From Mobula birostris (lineage: Eukaryota), in contig NC_092375.1 of assembly GCF_030028105.1 (NCBI RefSeq), forward strand, positions 145,761,415-145,825,414: a DNA stretch of 64,000 nt, written 5' to 3'. The notes beneath the pieces were generated by a model. The model was not told the origin of the DNA and ran no database searches. It saw nothing but the letters and a program-made list of their open reading frames with translations. Shown in pieces: positions 11,837 to 25,625 of the stretch. The position numbers and the translations under genes are program-made. How positions within the stretch are numbered: the first letter of the stretch is position 1; each line of letters starts with the position of its first letter.

Positions 11837-12779
11837 TTGGCTGTCAATAGCCAGTATATTATTCTGAGAACATGTTTCAGAAAATAAATACCCTTTGCAA
11901 GCCCATTGTCATTGTAATTCATTTATTTTGATGTGGTTATAACATTGTGTAAAACATACAAAATAGCATTAGTACCTGATTTCTGTGTGGAGGCTTTGAC
12001 CCACATTGACCTTAACTCAGGATTATTTCTCATCTTAGCTTCTATCATTGTGGAGATAAATTTTACCCAGTGGCATGCTGAATATGTGATTCATTATTGA
12101 TCAGGCCATCTTTTCCAATTAAGAGGATAGTGATAAATTATTGCACCTTTGTAGATTCCTGCTCTTATAGAGAGATACAACCTGGAAACAAGCCCTTTGG
12201 CCCACTGAGTCAGTGCTGAATATCAACTACCCACTTACACTAATCCTTCATTGATCCCATTTTTACAATCTCCACATATTTCCCCCGAATTGTAGTCACC
12301 TACACACAAGGGACAACATATACTGGCTGATTTAGCTACCATACAGCTCAGCTCTCAGATCTAGAAGGAAATGAGAGCACATAGAGAAAACCAGAGCTCA
12401 CAGTGAGAATATGCAAACCCCATATAGACATCACATTAGGTTGCTGACGTTGTGAAGCAGTGCTTCCACCAGGTACACCACTGCATTGCCTCTTCCCACA
12501 TTTTGTAAACTGGATACATACCCTTCATGTTTGCATTTGTGTTTTTGAGACATTTACAGACTAAAGGATAAAGGTCCCATTAATTCCGTTGGTGAGTACA
12601 CTTGTCACAATCTATGAATTGGAGAGACTCCATTTTCCATAATAATGTTTCCTTCCCAATCAACCTGCAACCATGTTACAAGGGTACTTCAAATTTCAAG
12701 CAATTTTATTTGGATTATAAATTGTGAAGGATAAATGCAGTTTGGAAGCTTAGATTGACACCTGTCCATCATGCAAGTG

Positions 12780-13440
12780 ATCTTGAACTGTAAGACAGAG
12801 GGGAGGTAGCCCGTATAAACAAATGGAAGAAAGGACTAGAGCAAGGTGAAGGGATGAATGAATTCTGTGAATGGTGATGGGGAATGTTCGAAATCATTCA
12901 GAAAGTTAAAGAGTGAAAACAATAGGAATAGTGACAGGCGTAATCCGACTGTGAAGAAGATAGATCTCCAACTAGAGACAGAACAGGAGAAAATGGAAAA
13001 CATCCCGAAGTGAAGATCTGTTATCTAAACACACAAAGTATCTCTCTGTCATCCCTCCCTTATCATCTTACTGTACTTCCTGCTCAGATTTCAGCATCTG
13101 CAGAATTTTGTATCTCAACATAGAGTTTCACATTCCATCTTCTGTCTCTCCCTCCTGGATCCACCTTTCCTTATCTCCCCCTCTCTCCTTGTCTGTTTAT
13201 ATGTATCACCCACAAGCTGCTCTCTTGCAACCTCCACCCTGACCTTCCTGTACATGGTTCCATCATCCCTTTTCCCAGCTCCTGTCACCTATTGCCTACC
13301 AGCCCCTGCTTCACCTCACCCCCTTACCTTTTCTTACCGGCTATCTCTCCTTTGCATTCTCATTCCTGGTGCAGTGTCTTGATCCAAAACATTGGCCACC
13401 CTTTTACCTCCACAGGAAGCCCCAACACCCAACCAGTCAA
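12780..13440. repeat. Old inverted Penelope pLTR relic downstream of the genes (also ~23980-24620, ~37095-37760, ~58575-59240)
   Basis: A purine-rich half followed by a pyrimidine-rich half, ending in a decayed hammerhead-like string (e.g. cctgatgcaaggctttgagctaaaacattgacc at ~59174). Co-duplicated with the genes. Confidence 0.5.
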
Positions 13441-14987
13441 TGTTAAATCAACAACTTCCCTCTGTGAACTTCTTCAGGAGTTGGACAGGAAATACTGAAG
13501 TCAGTATTAAATGCACATCAGGCATGTATACTGGGAGACCTGATTACTGTGTCAGTAGTTAACGTGAAGACAGGCCTGATTTGCAGCCTCCAAATGCTGA
13601 ACTAAGAAATCTGAGGTGCCAGTTCATCAGCGAAGTCAAGATGCATCCTACAGAAAGCAGTGGACAGAAAGTAAATATATTTGTATAGTGCATCGACTGA
13701 AGCCTATAATAACCAGCAATCAAAACTGCAAATTGTGAAAAAAACCTTTGCCTCTGCAGATGCTGCTTGACCCTTTGAGTTCCTGTAGTAGTTTGTTGTT
13801 TACTGAAGAAAGTGGATGAGTTTGGGAGAAGTGAAGAAAGAGCAAAGGACAGAAACATTGGTCGGAGTCATTTCAGTGTGGGGTCAATTGAAGTATGCAC
13901 TCAGAGATATAACTGAAAATGCTTCTTTTATTTCTATTATTAGAGTGTATGTGATGTCCAGGGAGGGTACCTCCTCTGGTGAACGTGCTTGTTGTGTCCA
14001 TTCTGAGGCAGCTCCCTCTCCTTTGGTCTCCACTGGACACGCAGCACTCACCTGTGTCTCAAAGTAGCTGTTTGCATGTGGCACAGGCCACACACCTGTA
14101 CACTGCTTTGACAGGCAGACTAAACCAGGCGAGGGTAGCCCGCGGGCCTCACACCCGATGAGATTAGGGTCACGCCTGTCCTAGCAGGCACAGTCAGCTC
14201 CAACAGACCGGACAGATGAAACGAACAGTGTGATCCAATGGCCAGGAAGGTGGTTCTACAAAACATTGAGAGAAAAAAGGGCATGACAAACCATAGAAGA
14301 AGTCATGGTCATCCACTGCAACCAAAGTACATCCCTTGTGATGACTACTCAGACTACTGGACCTGGACTTCCGCAGTCAAGATCGTGAACTGTCCCAGTG
14401 CCTTTCCACTTTAAAAACTCTCCCATACAGGTGACTTAATGTAGTTCACACAACAGAAAAACTGCACAAATCCATCAGTCACTGACGGATAAAGAATCAA
14501 TCATTAGCAATCCATATAATTGTTTGAAATATGTCTGTGGAGCAGGTGAAGTCCATTTCATTTACCCTGCTGATCACATATAATGCATTTGGTAACTTCA
14601 TGACTTAATTTTTGATTGATCAATAAACTAAGTGCAATTGTGCTTTTGAGAAAACATTCTCCAAAGCCCAATCATTTCTGCAGTTGCATCAATGACCTTC
14701 CTTGCACTTTAAAGTCAGAAGTTGGGATGTTTTCAGATGTTTGCACAATTTTCAATTCCACCTGCTACAAGCCCATATGCAGCAAGATCAAGATAATATT
14801 CAGGCCAGACCAGAGAGAATCTCTCATCTCTCCCCAACATTCAATGGCATTACCATTGCTGAGGTCCACACCATCGACATTCTGGGGAGTAGGGGAGGGA
14901 AGACATCATTTTCTACAAATTCAACTGGATTGACCACAGAGATACATGCATTACAGTTAGTGTTTGGTCAGAGTTTAGGTATCCTGT

Positions 14988-16930
14988 GGTGAGGATGCTA
15001 CTTATCAATTAGAGCTTAGCATTCAATAGCGTCATCCCCTCCAAACTAATCAATAAGCTCCAAGGCGTTGGCTTCAATTCCTGCTTATGCAATTGGATCC
15101 TAGATTTTCTTACTTGTAGACCTCAGTCAGTTTAGATTGGCAACAAGATCTCCTCCACAAATGCACTACAGAGCTGTATGTTTAGCTCTCTGGTCTACCT
15201 GCTTTACACTAGTGACTCTGTGGCTAAGCACAGCTCCAATGCCATATTCAGGTTTGCTGACAACACTACAGTCGTTGGCCGAATCAAAGGTGGAGATGAA
15301 TTCGCATACAGGAGGGAGACTGAAAATTTGACTGAGGGGTGTCATAACAGCAACCTTTCACTCAATGTCAGCAAGACCAAGGAACTGATTGTGGAGTTCA
15401 GGAGAGGGGAGCCAGGGGTCCATAAGGCAGTCCTTGTAGGAGGATCAGAGTTGGAGAGGGATCCCGCAACCTGCCTGGGTCATAGAGGTGCTGTACAGAT
15501 GAGTGCTGCACCAATTTCCTCCATCTCCCATGGTTGTGGGTGAGTGCCTGGGTTGTAGCAAAGCTCTCTCTGGTCCACTCTGCAATGTTGTCTGCCCACC
15601 TCTTCCTCTGTCAGCTCCTTTCTCTTTTCCACTGCATCAGTCCCTCAAGAATGGTCTATCAGAACCTACTTGAACTTGTTATGTGGCCAGACCATCTTAG
15701 TTCCTTCTTCTTTACTGTGGACAGCAGATCTTTGTGGTGTCTCATGTGTTGGGTTCTGCTCCTTTGTACTTCGTCATTTAAGACATGGTCTGTATAGAAG
15801 ATGACAAGGAGTCTTTTGAAGCATTTCTTAATGCATGCATTTCTAAATGACAATAAATGAGGACTGAGTGTCCTCATAATCTAATAATCTAAACCTCCTG
15901 AAGTGGACGAGAACTAGAGATTGTCAAACGGTTAAAGTATCTTGGCGCCATTATTAACCAAGAAGGATCAAAGCCTGAAGTCCTTGTAAAGATGGCCCAA
16001 ACAACAGCAACACTGGCTAAACTAAAACCAGTCTGGAGAGATAATAACATCGCTCTCAGATCCAAGTTGAAACTCCTGCATGCACTTGTGATGGAGACAC
16101 CTTCTTGTCTGCTTAAAATCCTGGACTTTAGCAGCAGAACTGCAAAAGTAGATTCAGGCAATAGAAATGAGATTCTTCAGAACGTCAGGGTTATCAACTT
16201 TAAGTTCCTGGTTGGTAGTATTTCAGAGGACCTGTCTAGGACCCAGCACCTAAGTATAATTGCGAAGCTAGAATGGCAAAACTTCTGCTTCCTTTGGAGT
16301 CTGCAGAGATTCGATATGGCACATAAAACTTTAATGAACTTCTATAGTTGTGTAGTAAAGAGTGTATTGACTGGCTGCGGCATGGCCTGGTATGAAGGCA
16401 CCTATTCCTTTGAACAGAAAATCCTAGAAAAAGTAATGGACTCAGCCTAGAATATCACAAAAATGCCCTCCCAACTATTGAGCACATCTACATGATATGT
16501 TGTTGTAGGAGAGCAACATCCATTATCATAGATCCCCACAACCCAGGACATGCTCTCTTCTTGCTGTTGTCATCAGGTAAAAGGTACAAGAACCTCATAC
16601 CACCAGGTTCGAGAATGGTTACGACTCCTCAACTATCTGGCTCTTGAACAAATGGGATAATGACACTCACTTGCCCATCCATTGAGATATTCCCACAACC
16701 AGCAATCTCACTTTAAGGGTTTTTTTTATCTCATCATCTCATGTTTTTGATATTTATTGCTGTTTATTTGTATTTGCATTTGCAGTTTGTTGTCTTCTCC
16801 AATGTGATTAATTTTTCATTGATCCTGTTATAGTTACTGTTCTATAGATTTGTTGTATGCACACAGGAAAATGAATCTCAGTGTTATAAATGATATATAC
16901 CTTGTTTGATTAATAAACTTACTATGAACT
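14988..16930 (+). mobile_element. Rex1/Babar-like LINE 3' fragment (with nested RTE)
   Basis: LYTSDSVAKHSSNAIFRFADNTTVVGRI...LSLNVSKTKELIVEFRR; LMNFYSCVVKSVLTGC; 3' tail aataaacttactatgaactttgaa. Confidence 0.8.
15461..16186 (-). mobile_element. RTE-clade LINE 3' fragment with inverted 5' part
   Basis: Minus strand KRLLVIFYTDHVLNDEV...ELRWSGHI; plus strand LEIVKRLKYLG...LAKLKPVWRDNNIALRSKLKLLHALV. AGGG duplicated at 15457-15460 and 16187-16190. Empty site in the paralogous Rex copy near 26108. Confidence 0.78.
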
Positions 16931-17825
16931 TTGAAACTTGACTCACTTCCTGACACTCCACACTTTTTCTAGGCACATTCTCAAGGCACATCATGATATT
17001 CTCCATTTGGCTCGATGAATGCAGTTCGCTCCAACAGCTCTTATGAAGCTTGACACTGTCAAGGTATCCTTCTTGGTTGGCTCCTTAACAATCATCCGAA
17101 ATATTCATTCAGAGGATTGATGCAAAGTGACAGTGTTGTGTATCATCTACAAAAGTGCACTGCAGATACTTGCCCAGGCTGTTTGGATAATATTTCCTAA
17201 AGGACAAGTGAATACTACAATCAGTAGCTTCCCCTCCATATTACATAGCTCACTGATTTGGAAACCTATCACTTGTCTTTCATCGCCACTGGATTTAAAT
17301 CCTGAAACTCCCTGCCAACATCTCTGTGGGAGAACTTCACTAGAACGATTGCGGGGGTTTAGAAAAGCTGTTCGTCTTCATTTTCTCCAGGGTATTAAGT
17401 GCTGGTCTTGCCAGTAACACCAGATCATAAAAATTGAATACATTTTTAAAAAGATATTGCTTGCAAATAATACAGTTAATTTTTTCCAAAAAGTAATGAA
17501 GTAAATATTGTTTTTCTCATGCATGAAAATAAATTTTATAGTAGGAACTGTTCCCTGTATTTTTTTGCTGTTGCTCCGTTCAGCAAAAGGTAAACATGAG
17601 TATAATGTGTATCTACTTTTTACACTCATTTAGGATGAAAAATTAAAGGAACATTTCCTAAAAATGCTAAAGTTAAAAATGAATTAATGTGATATTCATT
17701 GTTGCTGTGAGGATTGCTGTGTACAGGATGGCTGTCTGCTCAACGACGAAGTCTCACTGACTGTGTTGCATAAATAATCCATTCAGTGTTTTCAGATGAT
17801 CTTATGGTGCTATATAAATGCTCTA

Positions 17826-18585
17826 ATTATTTACATGAAACCCCTTTCTACTGGGCATCCCTAGCTCCTCGCTAACGGCCACTGGACTCCGCAGTGAGAA
17901 AACCACCTTTCTTAAACTCCGTACATCTCGGCTCGGTATGACTTGAGTCCCACCAAAACCGGGAAGTTGGGATGTCTCAACCATCCGAAGCCCAATCTGT
18001 GTGAATATTGTGTAAACACCGCCCTCATGCAATTAGCTGTCAATTATAAAGAAAGTATATTTATGAATGTTAACTTAACCAAACTGTTATTAAAGAAGAA
18101 AGAAAAAGGAAAAAACATAAGGGTCCATTACAAATAAAATAGTCAAATGTACAGAAGGTTGGAGCTCAGATCTTCCAAAAGCTGGATATATCCGTTTTAC
18201 CTATGGTGCCGACTCCTGTTCATTGATCACCAGTAGAATTTCCTATCCTGGACTCCATTGAATCGCACGTTCCTTTTGGATTGAATCCTGCGGCTGGTAC
18301 TCTCGAACTTCTTCCCTCTCCATTTCACAATGAAAAGACCTCGACCTATCCCACTGTCCGTCACAAAACCTCTCCACCCAGCTTACTGTAGAACCTTTTC
18401 CCAAATTCGCCATCCTAATTGGCTGACTCGACATTCCTAAACTGAGTATCACAACCAGTTATCTTTAACGGTAACCCAAACCCTACAAGCAGAACACATT
18501 GCTTCTACAGAAAGCCATTTTCTAAAAAAGCCATCTACAAAAGCCTTCTACAAAAGCCATTTTGTAGGGTAGTTCATACCCTACA
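17826..18585. mobile_element. Probable solo-LTR-like insertion
   Basis: About 760 bp present between ataaatgctcta and gtggacaatatcattcagag; the paralogous region 27750-28060 has different sequence there. Ends in ccctaca. No clear TSD. Confidence 0.35.
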
Positions 18586-20679
18586 AACAGTGGACAATAT
18601 CATTCAGAGGTAATGAAACCATTTCTGAAAAAAACAAGCAGAAAATCAACTTATTTCAGTCAAGGAACCTGCTTTGTTTTGAAATACATATGCTAAAGAA
18701 GACGTTATCAAAATAATCCTTGCCTTATTTCCTAAGTACTTTTAAAGCAAAAACTGTCCTCTACCATCATGCATTATGAGTCAAAGTCATTACTCGTTGT
18801 GTAAACATAAACTTAGTGGTTCAGTATTTTTATTTTTTAAAAATTATTTTTATGAATGAAGTATATTTTCACTTAAAAAAGTCAGAGTCCCCTTTCATGT
18901 TGTGGCAGTGTATTCTACAAACATCCAGATGGAGAATTCACATCAAGTCAAAGAGTCCATTGTACCACTGTTTAGCCCAGTAATACTAAAGGGTGTTGGG
19001 ATTTTAGATATATGCAGTCAAATTTAACCACCATACAGACCAGAAAGAATTAGTATTTTTACTGTTAATATTCTGTGCACAATAAAGCAATATGTGATGT
19101 GGTGTTCAATGCTCTGAAGTTGATCTGCTTGTGTTTGTTTTGTTTTCTGTCGTGCTGTGTACTGGCAACAACTGAACCCAGGTGCGCAGGAATGACAAGG
19201 TCACATGTAGAAACAAAAACAAGAGTTTATACACAGGAATTCCAACAGAACATCAGGGGCTGGACTGACCAACACCGCTAGAAAAATCTTTCTCAGAGCA
19301 AAAACATGCAGTAAGCGCTAATGGGGAGTCTGCTTTAAATAATCACAGTACATGGAAAACCCATGCCAGTTAAAATAAACTTGACACAATTCATTTGGAC
19401 CATAAGGGCTTAATTACTCTAGTTAAGACAACAATTAAGAAATAGAGGTGTTTAAGAAATGTCAGAGGTTCGCTGCACAGGCTTCTATAGGTGGATGTCT
19501 TGATGTCTTCTGAGGCATCTATGATGGTCCCATTGAGCTCTGTGGAAGATTTCTTTTCTGACTATCTTCCTTACTACATCGGCCTCTTTCATTAACGATT
19601 CTTCCTGTCCTGGTTTTTCCTTCTTCATTAGGATAAATCTATCAAGTTCCACACTCAATGCTATAATGAGGTCCTGTGGCTAAAGGGTTCAGTCCACAGC
19701 AGGATGGCAGAGGGCTGCAGCAGTTAGTACTGCTGCTTCACAACTGCAGGGATGCAGGTTCAATCCTGACCTCAGGTGTGGAGTGTGTGTATTGAGCCAG
19801 TGACTGTGTAGGTTTCTTGTGCTCTAGTTTATGGGGGCTTGAAGCTGTAAGAGACCCAAAGGGGCAATCGGACTGAAAAAGATCTTGTGAATTTGAGGGT
19901 TTCTGAGGTTGGAGGGGTATATCTGAATGATTGACTAGCTTTAGTAATCACATGTACATCGAAACAATGAAACAGTGAAATGCATCACTTGTGACAAAAA
20001 CCTTCACAGTCCGAGGATGTACTGGGGTTAGTCTGCAAGTGTTGTCACCAGTATAAGATATCCACAACTTACTCACCAGGATGCCTTTGCAATGTGAAGC
20101 ACCAGGAGGAAACCCTCGGGTCATGCGGAGAACGTACAAATTACTTACAGAAGGCTTAGGAATTGAACCCCAATCGAAGGTGCTGTACAGCTTGTCGCTA
20201 ACTGCTATCCAACTGTGCTGCTGCAGAATCCGTGGCTGGACATTGAAAGAAATTTTGTTGAAACATCTCTCTGAAAGACGCCATCTCCTGGTCCCCACAG
20301 AGAGCCAGATTCAATAGCTCGGGTGTTTGCACCTCCTCTCTCCTCTCTCATCGGTTTCCTCGGGGTGCCTTGATTTCCTCACACATCAGTACATTAATTA
20401 CTCATCGCAAATTGTCCCTGACCAGTAAATTAGCATTAAATCCAGGAGTAGTCGATGAGAGTGTGGGGAGAATAAAAATATTGGGATTAATTTAGGATTC
20501 GTGTACATGGGTGGTTGATAGTGTCCCATGGACTCACGTGGGCTAAAGGGCCTGTACTGTGACTGTGACTCTACGACATATCTCGGCACTGCAACTTTTT
20601 GGAACTCTAGAATGATCCCTAGCATAGAATGAAAAAGGCTAATTTACTGCCTTGTAGAATTAAATTGCCTACTGCAAAA

Positions 20680-20832
20680 CAAAAACAATCACTGGGTCAC
20701 TGACAAGTCCCGTATCCTCAGGTGCTTTTTCAGCATTCACGGGTCATATGTTGTTTTCTGCTGACCTCAGGTTTGCATCATTTACATTACAAAGGCCTTG
20801 CTGTAAATGCCTTTCTGTCCAGTACATAAATA
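20680..20832 (+). promoter_or_regulatory. Gene 3 proximal promoter with variant TATA (CATAAATA)
   Basis: MARE-like sites at 20723-20735 and 20759-20770. CATAAATA 20825-20832 at the position of TATAAATA in the paralogues. Confidence 0.65.
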
Positions 20833-20880
20833 CCCAGTTACAGTTACATGTAGTCAGTTGGTTATTGGTCGTACACCACA

Positions 20881-23059
20881 ATGGGAAAGGCAAGACCACT
20901 TTTCATTTTGTGAATTATATTGTAACTATCATTTGTCCCCAGTCTGATTTAAGCTATTTATTTCTTCCCACAGATCATCTTCTACGAGGACAGGAACTTC
21001 CAGGGTCGGCACTATGAGTGCAGCTCCGACTGTGCCGACCTCTCCCCTTACTTCAGCCGCTGTAACTCCATCCGTGTCGAGAGTGACTGGTGGGTGTTGT
21101 ACGAGAGACCCAACTACATGGGATACCAGTATGTCCTGAGCAGAGGAGAGTATCCTGACTACCAGCGCTGGATGGGATTCGATGACTGTGTCAAGTCCTG
21201 TCGCAGTTACCCACCTGTAAGTTGCTGTTGGTGACTGAGGTATTCCAAGCCACTTGACACACTGCTAGAAAATGGCTGATATTTGCAATAATTACACTTG
21301 TGCACAAGCTCCTTCTCTGAAATGTGCAATGTGAAAGCTAGACTTAGCTGCTGGCATTTAGAGACAAGTTTGGAGTCAGTAGATATTTGTTAAAGGAGTC
21401 AACAGAATTTAAGTTGGTACAGGGAATGAGTGAATCTGGTGAGAAGGACCAATGTCTGATTGCTTTTGACAGACGGAGCTGTATCCGTGATTGTGAGGGC
21501 ACTGGGTAAAGAATGGGAATCGGAATCGGGTTTATTATCACTGGCGTATGCAACACTGGCTTTTTATGCTGAAACTACATTAATGTCTACGCACAGGATG
21601 CTGGAGGAACTCAGCCTGTCAGGCAGCATTTGTCAGGCCTGATAAAGAGTCTCAAACTGAAATGTTGACTCTGCAAGTTCTGCCTGACGCCTTGAGTTCC
21701 TCCAGCATCTTGTGTGTTGATCCAGATTCCAGACACTGCCCTCCCTTGTGTCTTCTCTATTAAAATCTAGTTGGGCCACATGAATACTTGGTCAGTTTCT
21801 GCTAGTTTTATCGAACACCATGTAGACAATAGTAGCACCTGGACACTGGTGGCTCAGAGCCCTGCAAAATTAAAAACATAATATTATTGCATGATTTTAG
21901 TGAACCACTTTGAGGTTAAAGCATTGGATGAGGCTGTTTGGCCCATGTTTTGCATCCATGTTAGCTATATGTTGAGCATTCTGTCCTATCCCATCACTTG
22001 CAAATTCTTTCAAGATCATCTGGTCCAATTTGGCCAAGTTACGAGAACTAATAATGTAATTCAGGCTCCAGGTGGTACCTAGATTGGAATAAGGGATGGC
22101 TGTGTTATTGTTTTCAACAATCACACCCCGTGTAGAGTTATATTTATCCCTCTGACAGGGGAAGTGAGGAAATAGAAACTGAAAACGCTCAGATCAACTT
22201 GCATTCTTTTTTATATTAGCAAGTAAACCGATTTACAGACACAGACCAGCACCTACTGTAAGCTCATTTACCATGATGCTTTTACACAAGTTTTACATTA
22301 ATTACATCATGTTATCTCTATTGGAACTAAATTCTGTAAACTTAGTTCTTCTTGGTAACACTATGTTTAGAAACGGAGAACTCACTCTTCAACCAGGTAT
22401 TATACTTTATAGATATGCAAAAGATGTATCAACTTCTGATATTTAATTATGACATTAAGAATATACTGAGGATACATTAAAATCCTTAAAATACCTTTCA
22501 TGTGATCTACAGCCAAAATGTATTTTTTTAGAGAATCATGAGAATCCTGTAGAAACAGTGAACTCCATCAATCTTAAATTATGATTGTCTATAGTTTAAC
22601 TGCCATCAATGTGGAGATAAATTTTCTCCAAGTTATTTCATCAGGGATAACCTTGAAATAGAATTCATTGTTGATCATACTGAGGTTTTATACAACTACA
22701 TCTCCCTGAAATATCTGTGTTAATTATATGTATTTTGAGATTATTATACTGTATTAAGGATGCAATAAAATCCTTTCTTCCAGTACCGAGGAGGCACCTA
22801 CAGGATGAGGATTTATGAGAGGCCTGACTTTGGAGGCCAGATGATGGAATTCATGGATGACTGTCCCTCTGTCTATGATCGTTTCCGTTACCGTGACATC
22901 CACTCCTGTCAGGTGATGGATGGTTACTGGATCTTCTATGAACATCCCAACTACAGAGGCCGACAGTATTTCCTGAGACTCGGGGAATACAGGAAATACA
23001 TTGACTGGGGTGGCTACAACTCAGCCATTGGGTCCTTCAGGCGCATGAGGGACTTCTAA
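20881..23059 (+). CDS. Gamma-crystallin (S-1-like), gene 3; exons 20881-20889, 20974-21216, 22784-23059; 175 aa
   Basis: Same exon structure with an open frame and GC-AG intron 1. Private changes N73D and P150L (LRLGEY). TAA stop; AATAAA at 23106-23111. Confidence 0.93.
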
Positions 23060-25625
23060 TTGACTCTCAATAACCAGCATATTATTCTGACAACATATTT
23101 CAGAAAATAAAATCTCCTTTGCAAGACCCTTGTCACTGTAATTCATTTATTTTGATGTTGCTATAACTTTGTGTAAAACATACAAAATAGCAATGGTACT
23201 TAAATCTTATGTAGATGCTTGTAACATATTGACCTTAATTCAGGATTATTTCTCATTTTAGCTGCTATCATTGTGGAGATAAATTTTATCTAGAGACATG
23301 CTGAACATGTAAATCATTATTGATCAGCTCATCTTCCCCTATTGAGAAGATAGTGATAAATTGTCACAACTCTGTAGATTCCTGCTCTTATTGAGAGATA
23401 CAACATGGAAACAAGCCTTTTGGCCCACTGAATCAACTACCCACAAGACTGATCCTTCATTGATCCCATTTTAAAAAATCACCTCAAATACTCACCATCT
23501 CACCCAAATCTTAGTCAATGGCTGATTTGCCTACCATACAGCTCACTGCTCAGATCTAGAAGGAAACCAGAGCACCTAGAGAAAAACACTGGATCACAAT
23601 GAGAATGTGCAAACTTCACATAGACATCCCGCTAGGTTGCTGACATTGAGAGGCAATGTTTCTACCAGATGCACCACTGCACTGCCTCTCCCACCTGTCG
23701 CAAGCTAGGTACATATCCTCCATTTTTGCATCAGTGTTTTTCAGACATTTACGGGCTAAAAGGCAAGCGTCCCATTAGCTTCTTTAGTGAGAACACTTGT
23801 CACAATCTACGAATTAGAGAGACTCCATTTTTAATAAAAATGTTCCCTTCACAACCAATTTCCAGCCATGTTGAATGGACACTTCCAATTCTAAGCAATT
23901 TTATTTGGATTACGATTTGTGAGGGATAAATGCAGTCTGGAAGCTGACATTGACAGCTGTCAGTCATGCAGGTGACCTTGAACTGTAAGATAGAGAGAAG
24001 GTAGCCAGTATAAAGAAGGACTGGAGCAAGGGATGGCAGATAGATCCTGGTGAAGGGATAAGTGAAATTCCCAAATATTTCAGCTGAGAATGGTAATGGG
24101 GAGTGTCAAAGGAATTCAGAAAGTTAAAGAGTGAAAACAATATTGATAATGATATGGGTAAGCAGGATGTGAAGAGGTAGAGGTAGAGCAGGGGAAAATG
24201 GAAGAAGTCCAGAAGTGAAGGTTTATTATCTGAATCTATCCGTCATCTCTTGACACCTTCCTCCCTGCTTATTTTCCAGCATCTGCAGCGTTTTCTATCT
24301 CCACATATCACTTTCTATCCTCTGTCTCTCCCTCCTGGCTCCACCTTCCATCATTTCCCCCTCTCTTCTTATCTGTCTATACGTATCGCCCACCATCCAC
24401 TGTCTCGCAACCTCCACCCTGATCTTCCCCATACATGGTTCCATATAACCTTCATCCCGTTTCCCACCTGGTTTCTCCTGCTGCTTGCCAGCCCCTGCTT
24501 CACCTCTCCCCCTCAACTTTAATACTGGGTATCTCTCCTCTACACTCATTCCCGGTGCAGGGCATTGACCCAAACTATCGACCACCACTTTACCTCCACA
24601 GGAAAGCCTCAACACCCAACCAGTCAATGGTAAATCAACCACTTTCCTCTATGAACTTCTTTGATGAGTTGGACAGGGAAAGCTGATGACAGTATTAAAT
24701 ACACATATGTGCGTGTACTGGGAGAACCGATTACGGTGTAAGGCGTTAATTTGAAGACAGAGCTAACATACAGCTTCCACATGGTGAACTTCGCAAGCTG
24801 AAGTGCACTTTCATCGGCTAAACCAGGAAACTCCCTACAGAAAACAGTGGACAGAAAGCAAATATATCTGTATAGTTCATTAACTAAGCCTCTAATGACC
24901 AGCAATCAAAGCTGCAATTTGTAGAAACAAAGTTTCCATATCCCTCTTCAGATGCTGCCTGACCCTTTGAGTTCTTCCAGCAATTTCCTTAGTGAAGAAA
25001 GTGAATGAGTTTGGTAGAAGCAAAGAAAGTGCAAAGGACAGAAACATTGGTGGGAGTGATTTCAGTATGGGGCCAATTGAAGTAGCTGATCAGAAGTATG
25101 ACTCAAAAAACTATTTATGTTTCTCTTATTTCTGTTATTAGGATGTAGTGGTTCCCAGGGGCTGTAGCACCTTTGATGAACGTGCTTGTTGTGTCCATTC
25201 TGAGGCAGCCGTCTCTCCTTTGGTCTTTACTGGACACCTAGCTCTCCCCGTGGCCCCAAGTAGCTGCTTGCGTGTGGCACAGGCCACACATCTGTGCACC
25301 GCTTCGACAGGCAGACTAAGTGAAGTGAGGGTAGCCGGCAGGCCTCATACCTGGTGAGATTAAGGTCATGCCTGTCCTAGCAGGCACAGTCAGCTCCAAC
25401 AGACTGGACAGATGAAACTAACAGTGTGATCCAATGGCCAGGAAGAAGGTTCAACAACAGTTTGTGGAGAGTAAAGAGCATGACCGGCAACAGAAGAAAT
25501 CATGGTCATCCACTGCAACCAAAGTAGACCCCAGATGTGATGACTACTTGTGCTGTTGGACATGGGCTTCTGCAGTTGAGATCCATACATTAGAGTTAGT
25601 GTTCAGTCAGAGTTGGATATCAGGT

